64,000 nt of DNA. Origin: the human T2T-CHM13v2.0 reference genome, Homo sapiens. Position 1 is the stretch's first letter. Every line of letters starts with the position of its first letter. Location of the stretch: the NCBI RefSeq assembly GCF_009914755.1, contig NC_060948.1; one strand, given 5' to 3'. Below, piece by piece: positions 53,430-64,000 of this stretch. The notes under the pieces were generated by a model. The model did not search any database. It was not told where the DNA came from and saw nothing but the letters and a program-made list of their open reading frames with translations. The translations under genes and the position numbers were made by a program.

Positions 53430-56400
53430 TGGAATCTAATGGAATGGAATTAAATGGAAATGAATCAAATTGAATAGCACGGAATTGAATTGAATGGAAT
53501 GGAATGCAATGGAATCTAATGAAACGGAAAGGAAAGGAATGGAATGGAATGGAATGGGCTGGAATGGAAAGGAATCGAAACGAATGGAATGGAATCGAAC
53601 TGAAGAGACTGGAATGGAATGCACTGGAATGGAAGGGAGTGTAATGGAAGGTTCTCGAAAAAAATGGAATCGAATGGAATGGAATTGAATGGAACGGAAT
53701 AGAGTCGAATGGAATTGAATGGAATGGAATGGACTAGAGTGAAATGGAATCGAACCACAAGGAATGGACAGGAATAGAATGGTCTCGAATTGAATGGAAT
53801 CGTATGGAATGGCATCAAACGGAATGGAATGGACAGCCACGGAATGGAATGCACTCGAATGCAATGGAGTCGAAACAAATGGACTGGAATAGAATGGACT
53901 CGACTGGTACGGACTCCAATGGAATGGAATCGAATGGAAGGGAATCGAACGGAAGGGAATCGAACGGAATGGACTCGAAGGGAAAAGACTGCAATGGAAA
54001 GGTCTCGAATGGAATGGAAATTAATGGAATGGAATGGAATCGAATGAAATGGAGTCAAAAGGAATGGAATCGAATGGCAAGAAATCGAATGTAATGGAAT
54101 CGCCAGGAATTGATGTGAACGGAACGGAATGGAATGGAATCCAAAGGAATGGAATAGAATGGAATGGAATCGAATGGAAAGGACTCGAATGGAAATCACT
54201 CGAATAGAATGCAATTTAATAAAATAGGATCAAATGTAATGGAATGGAATGGAAAGGAATCGAAACGAAAGGAATGGAGACAGATGGAATGGAATGGAAC
54301 AGAGAGCAATGGTATAGAATGGAATGGAATCATCTGGAATGGAATTGAATGGAATGGAATAATATGAAATGGAATGGAATGGAATGGAATGGAATGCCCT
54401 TGAATTAAATGGACTGGAATGGAATGGACTCAAACAGAGTAGAATGGAAAGTGTGGAGATAGAATGGAATGAACTCCTTTGGAATGGTGTAGTATGCAAT
54501 GCAATCGACTGGCAGGGAATAAAAAGGAATGTAATCGAATGGATTGGACTGGAATGCAATGGACTCGAATAGATTGGAAACGGAATGCAAAGGAATGGAA
54601 TGGAATAGTATGGAATGCAATGGAAGGGAATGGAGTGGAATAGACTAGAGTGGAATGGAATGGACTGGAAAGCAATGGACTGGAATGGAACTTTCTTGGA
54701 TGGACTGGAACCAAACGGAGTGGAATGCAATGCAATCAAATGGCATGGAATAAAATAGAATGAAAGAGAATCAAATGGAATTGAATCGAATGGAATCGAA
54801 TGGATTGGAAAGGAATAGAATGGAATGGAATGGAATTGACTCAAATGGAATGGACTAGAATGGAATGGATTCGAATGGAAGGCAAAGGAATGGAATCTAT
54901 TGGAATGGACTGTAATGGAATGGAATGGAAGGGATTGGAATGGACTCGAATGGAATGGACTGCAATAGAAAGGATTCGAATGGAATGAAAAAGAATTGAA
55001 TGGAATAGAACAGAATGGAATCAAATCGAATGAAATGGAATGGAATAGAAAGGAATGGAATGAAATGGAATGGAAAGGATTCGAATGGAATGCAATCGAA
55101 TGGAATGGAATCGAACGGAATGGAATAAAATGGAAGAAAACTGGCAAGAAATGGAATCGAAATGAATGGAGTGTTATGGAACGGACTCAAAAGGAATTGA
55201 ATGTAATAGAATGGAGTGGAGTGGACTCGAATATAATGGACTGGAATGGAATGAAATCACATGGAATGGGAACGAATGGAATGGAATGGAAAGGAATGGA
55301 ATCGAATGGAAAGGAATCGAATGGAAGGGAATGAAATTGAATCAACACGAATGGAAGGGAATAGAATAGACTGTAATGGAATGGACTCGAATAGAATGGA
55401 CACGAATGCTCAAATTAAATGGACTCGAATGGAATGGAAACGAAAGGAATGTCATCGAATGGAATTGAATCGATTGGAATGAAATAGCATAGAATGGAGT
55501 GGAATCAAATGGAATTGAATCGAAAGGAAAGGAAGCGAATGGACTGAAATGAAATGGAATGGAATTGAATGGAAAGTAATGCAATGGAATAGAATGGAAC
55601 GAAATTTCACGGAATGGAATCAAACTGAATGGAATCAAATCAATGGAATCAAATCAAATGGAATGGAAAGGAATTGAATGGAGTAGATGGGATTGGATGG
55701 GATTGGAATGAAATGTACTGGAAAGGACTCGAATTTCATGAAACGGAATGGAATGAATTGGAACGGAATGGACTCGAATGGAATGGAATGTCATGGGATT
55801 GCATCAAATGGAATGGCATCAAATGGAATGGAATCGAATGCAATGGAATGCTATGGAATGGAATGGAATGCATTGGAATGGAATGTCCTCTAATGGAATG
55901 GATTCGAGTGGAATGGAATTGAATATAATGGAGTCGAATGAAATGGAATTGAAAGGAATGGGATCGAATAAAATGGAATATACTGGAATGTAACGTAATG
56001 AACTGGAATGTAATTGACTGGAATGGAATGAACATGAATGGAATGTAATCGAATGGAAAGTAATCCAATGGAATAGAATCTAATGCAATAAAATCGACTC
56101 AGATAGAGTAGAATGTAATGGAATGGAGTGCAGTGCAATGGAATGGAATGGAATGGAATGCAATGGAATGGAATGGAATGGAATGCAATGGAATGGAATG
56201 TAATGGAATGGGATGGAATGGTATGGAATGGATAGTAATGGACTGGAGTGAAATGGACTGGAAAGGAATGGACTCAAATTGAAAGGGCTCGAAAGGAATG
56301 GAGTCAAATGGAATGGTCTGGAATGGAATGAACACGAATGTAATGCAACCCAATAGAATGGAATCGAATGGCATGGAATATAAAGAAATGGAATCGAAGA

Positions 56401-57013
56401 GAATGGAAACAAATGGAATGGAATTGAATGGAATGGAATTGAATGGAATGGGAACGAATGGAGTGAAATTGTATGCAGTAGAAGAGAATAGAATGGAATG
56501 CAAGCGAAAGGAAAGGAATGGATTGGAATGGAATGGAATTCATTGGAATGGAAGGGAATGTAGTGTAATGGACAGGCCTGGAATAAAGTGGAATGCTACG
56601 GTCTCGAATGGAATAAAAATGTATGGAATGGAATGCAATGAAACGGAATCGAATGTCATAGAATGTAATGGAATGCAAAAAAATGGAATCCAAAATCATT
56701 GACTGGAAAGGCTGGGTGTCGAAAGGAATTGACTCCAATGGAATGGAATCGAATGGAATGGAAGTGAATAGAATCGAACTAAATCGAATGGAATGGAATT
56801 GATAGGAACGGAATGGAAAGGAATGCAATGATTTGGCATGGAATGGAATCGAATGGCATCGAATGGAATGGAATGGAATGCAATGGAATGGAATGTATTA
56901 GAATGTAATGAACTTTAATGGAATGTACTCGAATGGATTCGACTGGAATGGAATGTTCTGGAAGTGAATGGACTCCAATGGAATGGATTCAAAAGGAATG
57001 GAATCGTACGGAA
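53430..57013 (+). repeat. DYZ1 unit 16 (3584 bp, A-type)
   Basis: 14-pentamer tract with GTAAT variant; GGGATTGC variant. Confidence 0.93.
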
Positions 57014-60000
57014 TGGAATCTAATGGAATGGAATTAAATGGAAATGAATCAAATTGAATAGCGCGGAATTGAATTGAATGGAATGGAATGCAATGGAATC
57101 TAATGAAACGGAAAGGAAAGGAATGGAATGGAATGGAATGGGCTGGAATGGAAAGGAATCGAAACGAATGGAATGGAATCGAACTGAAGAGACTGGAATG
57201 GAATGCACTGGAATGGAAGGGAGTGTAATGGAAGGTTCTCGAAAAAAATGGAATCGAATGGAATGGAATTGAATGGAACGGAATAGAGTCGAATGGAATT
57301 GAATGGAATGGAATGGACTAGAGTGAAATGGAATCGAACCACAAGGAATGGACAGGAATAGAATGGTCTCGAATTGAATGGAATCGTATGGAATGGCATC
57401 AAACGGAATGGAATGGACAGCCACGGAATGGAATGCACTCGAATGCAATGGAGTCGAAACAAATGGACTGGAATAGAATGGACTCGACTGGTACGGACTC
57501 CAATGGAATGGAATCGAATGGAAGGGAATCGAACGGAAGGGAATCGAACGGAATGGACTCGAAGGGAAAAGACTGCAATGGAAAGGTCTCGAATGGAATG
57601 GAAATTAACAGAATGGAATGGAATCGAATGAAATGGAGTCAAAAGGAATGGAATCGAATGGCAAGAAATCGAATGTAATGGAATCGCCAGAAATTGATGT
57701 GAACGGAACGGAATGGAATGGAATCCAAAGGAATGGAATAGAATGGAATGGAATCGAATGCAAAGGACTCGAATGGAAATCACTCGAATAGAATGCAATT
57801 TAATAAAATAGGATCAAATGTAATGGAATGGAATGGAAAGGAATCGAAACGAAAGGAATGGAGACAGATGGAATGGAATGGAACAGAGAGCAATGGTATA
57901 GAATGGAATGGAATCATCTGGAATGGAATTGAATGGAATGGAATAATATGAAATGGAATGGAATGGAATGGAATGGAATGCCCTTGAATTAAATGGACTG
58001 GAATGGAATGGACTCAAACAGAGTGGAATGGAAAGTGTGGAGATAGAATGGAATGAACTCCTTTGGAATGGTGTAGTATGCAATGCAATCGACTGGCAGG
58101 GAATCAAAAGGAATGTAATCGAATGGATTGGACTGGAATGCAATGGACTCGAATAGATTGGAAACGGAATGCAAAGAATGGAATGGAATAGTATGGAATG
58201 GAATGGAAAGGAATGGAGTGGAACAGACTAGAGTGGAATGGAATGGACTGGAAAGCAATGGACTGGAATGGAACTTTCTTGAATGGACTGGAATCAAACG
58301 GAATGGAATGCAATGCAATCAAATGGCATGGAATAAAATAGAATGAAAGAGAATCAAATGGAATTGAATCGAATGGAATCGAATGGATTGGAAAGGAATA
58401 GAATGGAATGGAATGGAATTGACTCAAATGGAATGGACTAGAATGGAATGGATTCGAATGGAAGGCAAAGGAATGGAATCTATTGGAATGGACTGTAATG
58501 GAATGGAATGGAAGGGATTGGAATGGACTCGAATGGAATGGACTGCAATAGAAAGGATTCGAATGGAATGAAAAAGAATTGAATGGAATAGAACAGAATG
58601 GAATCAAATCGAATGAAATGGAATGGAATAGAAAGGAATGGAATGAAATGGAATGGAAAGGATTCGAATGGAATGCAATCGAATGGAATGGAATCGAACG
58701 GAATGGAATAAAATGGAAGAAAACTGGCAAGAAATGGAATCGAAATGAATGGAGTGTTATGGAACGGACTCAAAAGGAATTGAATGTAATAGAATGGAGT
58801 GGAGTGGACTCGAATATAATGGACTGGAATGGAATGAAATCACATGGAATGGGAACGAATGGAATGGAATGGAAAGGAATGGAATCGAATGGAAAGGAAT
58901 CGAATGGAAGGGAATGAAATTGAATCAACAGGAATGGAAGGGAATAGAATAGACGGTAATGGAATGGACTCGAATAGAATGGACACGAATGCTCAAATTA
59001 AATGGACTCGAATGGAATGGAAACGAAAGGAATGTCATCGAATGGAATTGAATCGATTGGAATGAAATCGCATAGAATGGAGTGGAATCAAATGGAATTG
59101 AATCGAAAGGAAAGGAAGCGAATGGACTGAAATGAAATGGAATGGAATTGAATGGAAAGTAATGCAATGGAATAGAATGGAACGAAATTTCACGGAATGG
59201 AATCAAACTGAATGGAATCAAATCAATGGAATCAAATCAAATGGAATGGAAAGGAATTGAATGGAGTAGATGGGATTGGATGGGATTGGAATGAAATGTA
59301 CTGGAAAGGACTCGAATTTGATGAAACAGAATGGAATGAATTGGAACGGAATGGACTCGAATGGAATGGAATGTCATGGGATGGCATCAAATGGAATGGC
59401 ATCAAATGGAATGGAATCGAATGCAATGGAATGCTATGGAATGGAATGGAATGCATTGGAATGGAATGTCCTCTAATGGAATGGATTCGAGTGGAATGGA
59501 ATTGAATATAATGGAGTCGAATGAAATGGAATTGAAAGGAATGGCATCGAATACAATGGAATATACTGGAATGTAACGTAATGAACTCGAATGTAATTGA
59601 CTGGAATGGAATGTACATGAATGGAATGTAATCGAATGGAAAGTAATCCAATGGAATAGAATCTAATGCAATAAAATCGACTCAGATAGAGTAGAATGTA
59701 ATGGAATGGAGTGCAGTGCAATGGAATGGAATGGAATTTAATGCAATGGAATGGAATGGAATGGAATGGGATGGAATGGTATGGAATGGATAGTAATGGA
59801 CTGGAGTGAAATGGACTGGAAAGGAATGGACTCAAATTGAAAGGGCACGAAAGGAATGGAGTCAAATGGAATGGTCTGGAATGGAATGAACACGAATGTA
59901 ATGCAACCCAATAGAATGGAATCGAATGGCATGGAATATAAAGAAATGGAATCGAAGAGAATGGAAACAAATGGAATGGAATTGAATGGAATGGGAACGA

Positions 60001-60556
60001 ATGGAGTGAAATTGTATGCAGTAGAAGTGAATAGAATGGAATGCAAGCGAAAGGAAAGGAATGGATTGGAATGGAATGGAATTCATTGGAATGGAAGGGA
60101 ATGTAGTGTAATGGACAGGCCTGGAATAAAGTGGAATGCTACGGTCTCGAATGGAATAAAAATGTATGGAATGGAATGCAATGAAACGGAATCGAATGTC
60201 ATAGAATGTAATGGAATGCAAAAAAATGGAATCCAAAATCATTGACTGGAAAGGCTGGGTGTCGAAAGGAATTGACTCCAATGGAATGGAATCGAATGGA
60301 ATGGAAGTGAATAGAATCGAACTAAATCGAATGGAATGGAATTGATAGGAACGGAATGGAAAGGAATGCAATGATTTGGCATGGAATGGAATCGAATGGC
60401 ATCGAATGGAATGGAATGGAATGCAATGGAATGGAATGTATTAGAATGGAATGAACTTTAATGGAATGTACTCGAATGGATTCGACTGGAATGGAATGTT
60501 CTGGAAGTGAATGGACTCCAATGGAATGGATTCAAAAGGAATGGAATCGTACGGAA
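57014..60556 (+). repeat. DYZ1 unit 17 (3543 bp, near copy of unit 14)
   Basis: Shares TTAACAGAAT and GAATGCAAAGGACTC variants with unit 14. Confidence 0.93.
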
Positions 60557-63500
60557 TGGAATCTAATGGAATGGAATTAAATGGAAATGAATCAAATTGA
60601 ATAGCACGGAATTGAATTGAATGGAATGGAATGCAATGGAATCTAATGAAACGGAAAGGAAAGGAATGGAATGGAATGGAATGGGCTGGAATGGAAAGGA
60701 ATCGAAACGAATGGAATGGAATCGAAGTGAAGAGACTGGAATGGAATGCACTGGAATGGAAGGGAGTGTAATGGAAGGTTCTCGAAAAAAATGGAATCGA
60801 ATGGAATGGAATTGAATGGAACGGAATAGAGTCGAATGGAATTGAATGGAATGGAATGGACTAGAGTGAAATGGAATCGAACCACAAGGAATGGACAGGA
60901 ATAGAATGGTCTCGAATTGAATGGAATCGTATGGAATGGCATCAAACGGAATGGAATGGACAGCCACGGAATGGAATGCACTCGAATGCAATGAAGTCGA
61001 AACTAACGGACTGGAATAGAATGGACTCGACTGGTACGGACTCCAATGGAATGGAATCGAACGGAAGGGAATCGAACGGAATGGACTCGAAGGGAAAAGA
61101 CTGCAATGGAAAGGTCTCGAATGGAATGGAAATTAATGGAATGGAATGGAATCGAATGAAATGGAGTCAAAAGGAATGGAATCGAATGGCAAGAAATCGA
61201 ATGTAATGGAATCGCAAGGAATTGATGTGAACGGAACGGAATGGAATGGAATCCAAAGGAATGGAATAGAATGGAATGGAATCGAATGGAAAGGACTCGA
61301 ATGGAAATCACTCGAATAGAATGCAATTTAATAAAATAGGATCAAATGTAATGGAATGGAATGGAAAGGAATCGAAACGAAAGGAATGGAGACAGATGGA
61401 ATGGAATGGAACAGAGAGCAATGGTATAGAATGGAATGGAATCATCTGGAATGGAATTGAATGGAATGGAATAATATGAAATGGAATGGAATGGAATGGA
61501 ATGGAATGCCCTTGAATTAAATGGACTGGAATGGAATGGACTCAAACAGAGTGGAATGCAAAGTGTGGAGGTAGAATGGAATGAACTCCTTTGGAATGGA
61601 CTAGTAGGCAATGCAATCGACTAGCAGGGAATCAAAAGGAATGTAATCGAATGGATTGGACTGGAATGCAATGGACTCGAATAGATTGGAAACGGAATGC
61701 AAAGGAATGGAATGGAATAGTATGGAATGGAATGGAAAGGAATGGAGTGGAATAGACTAGAGTGGAATGGAATGGACTGGAAAGCAATGGACTGGAATGG
61801 AACTTTCTTGAATGGACTGGAATCAAACGGAATGGAATGCAATGCAATCAAATGGCATGGAATAAAATAGAATGAAAGAGAATCAAATGGAATTGAATCG
61901 AATGGAATCGAATGGATTGGAAAGGAATAGAATGGAATGGAATGGAATTGACTCAAATGGAATGGACTAGAATGGAATGGATTCGAATGGAAGGCAAAGG
62001 AATGGAATCTATTGGAATGGACTGTAATGGAATGGAATGGAAGGGATTGGAATGGACTCGAATGGAATGGACTGCAATAGAAAGGATTCGAATGGAATGA
62101 AAAAGAATTGAATGGAATAGAACAGAATGGAATCAAATCGAATGAAATGGAATGGAATAGAAAGGAATGGAATGAAATGGAATGGAAAGGATTCGAATGG
62201 AATGCAATCGAATGGAATGGAATCGAACGGAATGGAATAAAATGGAAGAAAACTGGCAAGAAATGGAATCGAAATGAATGGAGTGTTATGGAACGGACTC
62301 AAAAGGAATTGAATGTAATAGAATGGAGTGGAGAGGACTCGAATATAATGGACTGGAATGGAATGAAATCACATGGAATGGGAACGAATGGAATGGAATG
62401 GAAAGGAATGGAATCGAATGGAAAGGAATCGAATGGAAGGGAATGAAATTGAATCAACAGGAATGGAAGGGAATAGAATAGACGGTAATGGAATGGACTC
62501 GAATAGAATGGACACGAATGCTCAAATTAAATGGACTCGAATGGAATGGAAAAGAAAGGAATGTCATCGAATGGAATTGAATCGATTGGAATGAAATCGC
62601 ATAGAATGGAGTGGAATCAAATGGAATTGAATCGAAAGGAAAGGAAGCGAATGGACTGAAATGAAATGGAATGGAATTGAATGGAAAGTAATGCAATGGA
62701 ATAGAATGGAACGAAATTTCACGGAATGGAATCAAACTGAATGGAATCAAATCAATGGAATCAAATCAAATGGAATGGAAAGGAATTGAATGGAGTAGAT
62801 GGGATTGGATGGGATTGGAATGAAATGTACTGGAAAGGACTCGAATTTCATGAAACGGAATGGAATGAATTGGAACGGAATGGACTCGAATGGAATGGAA
62901 TGTCATGGGATGGCATCAAACGGAATGGCATCAAATGGAATGGAATCGAATGCAATGGAATGCTATGGAATGGAATGGAATGCATTGGAATGGAATGTCC
63001 TCTAATGGAATGGATTCGAGTGGAATGGAATTGAATATAATGGAGTCGAATGAAATGGAATTGAAAGGAATGGGATCGAATACAATGGAATATACTGGAA
63101 TGTAACGTAATGAACTCGAATGTAATTGACTGGAATGGAATGTACATGAATGGAATGTAATCGAATGGAAAGTAATCCAATGGAATAGAATCTAATGCAA
63201 TAAAATCGACTCAGATAGAGTAGAATGTAATGGAATGGAGTGCAGTGCAATGGAATGGAATGGAATGGAATGCAATGGAATGGAATGGAATGGAATGGGA
63301 TGGAATGGTATGGAATGGATAGTAATGGACTGGAGTGAAATGGACTGGAAAGGAATGGACTCAAATTGAAAGGGCACGAAAGGAATGGAGTCAAATGGAA
63401 TGGTCTGGAATGGAATGAACACGAATGTAATGCAACCCAATAGAATGGAATCGAATGGCATGGAATATAAAGAAATGGAATCGAAGAGAATGGAAACAAA

Positions 63501-64000
63501 TGGAATGGAATTGAATGGAATGGGAACGAATGGAGTGAAATTGTATGCAGTAGAAGTGAATAGAATGGAATGCAAGCGAAAGGAAAGGAATGGATTGGAA
63601 TGGAATGGAATTCATTGGAATGGAAGGGAATGTATTGTAATGGACAGGCCTGGAATAAAGTGGAATGCTACGGTCTCGAATGGAATAAAAATGTATGGAA
63701 TGGAATGCAATGAAACGGAATCGAATGTCATAGAATGTAATGGAATGCAAAAAAATGGAATCCAAAATCATTGACTGGAAAGGCTGGGTGTCGAAAGGAA
63801 TTGACTCCAATGGAATGGAATCGAATGGAATGGAAGTGAATAGAATCGAACTAAATCGAATGGAATGGAATTGATAGGAACGGAATGGAAAGGAATGCAA
63901 TGATTTGGCATGGAATGGAATCGAATGGCATCGAATGGAATGGAATGGAATGCAATGGAATGGAATGTATTAGAATGGAATGAACTTTAATGGAATGTAC
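60557..64000 (+). repeat. DYZ1 unit 18 (partial, B-type; predicted full length 3529 bp)
   Basis: Truncated by the window end; B alleles but lacks the 1-bp deletion. Confidence 0.92.

Larger units (their letters stand above)
1..64000 (+). repeat. DYZ1: Human Satellite III array, DYZ1 family (Yq12 heterochromatin); GGAAT strand is +
   Basis: Degenerate GGAAT pentamers throughout. ~3.56 kb periodicity (the same artefactual ORF recurs at 7, 3586, 7145, 10729, 14257, 17800, 21369, 24938, 28522, 32106, 35650, 39234, 42777, 46345, 49888, 53436, 57020, 60563). One GGCC and one GAATTC landmark per unit. Contains sequences I recall as classic DYZ1 sexing-PCR primer sites. Confidence 0.96.

Noticed and set aside
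57059-57068. Private GCGCGG variant creating an extra CpG (and similar singleton SNPs such as AAATGA at ~1381, AAGTAAT at ~25561)
   Set aside because: Isolated single substitutions are expected from background mutation or sequencing error and carry no interpretable pattern.
1-64000. CRISPR-like array or prokaryotic defence system
   Set aside because: There is no constant repeat with unique spacers and no cas-like ORFs. The periodicity is a 5-bp satellite nested in ~3.56 kb near-identical units of human origin.
1-64000. HSat2, autosomal HSat3 (e.g. chr9), or DYZ2/Alu interruptions
   Set aside because: It lacks the HSat2 CATTCGATTC-dominated pattern. The 3.56-kb unit with single HaeIII/EcoRI landmarks fits DYZ1. 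No AT-rich HSat1B or Alu sequence and no strand inversion were seen.

Overview
The whole 64-kb window is one uninterrupted, head-to-tail human Satellite III array: degenerate (GGAAT)n on the + strand, organised into 17 complete copies and 1 partial copy of a ~3.53-3.58 kb unit. The unit carries a single AGGCCT (HaeIII/StuI) landmark and a GAATTC (EcoRI) ~40 bp upstream. This identifies it as DYZ1 (HSat3), the Yq12 heterochromatin repeat of the human Y chromosome. I see no genes, RNA genes, transposons, DYZ2/Alu inserts or inversions, and all listed ORFs are translation artefacts of the pentamer. The informative structure lies in the variation between units. (i) There are two intermixed haplotype families (here 'A' and 'B') with localisable switch points. 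(ii) Emerging higher-order duplications occur at 7.1, 10.7 and 17.85 kb offsets. (iii) Unit length differences are fully explained by five indel sites. (iv) Perfect three-unit heat-shock elements (nGAAnnTTCnnGAAn) are embedded in each unit, and their number (1-3 per unit) depends on haplotype. I found no evidence for a novel protein-coding system. All comparisons were made by eye and should be confirmed by alignment.
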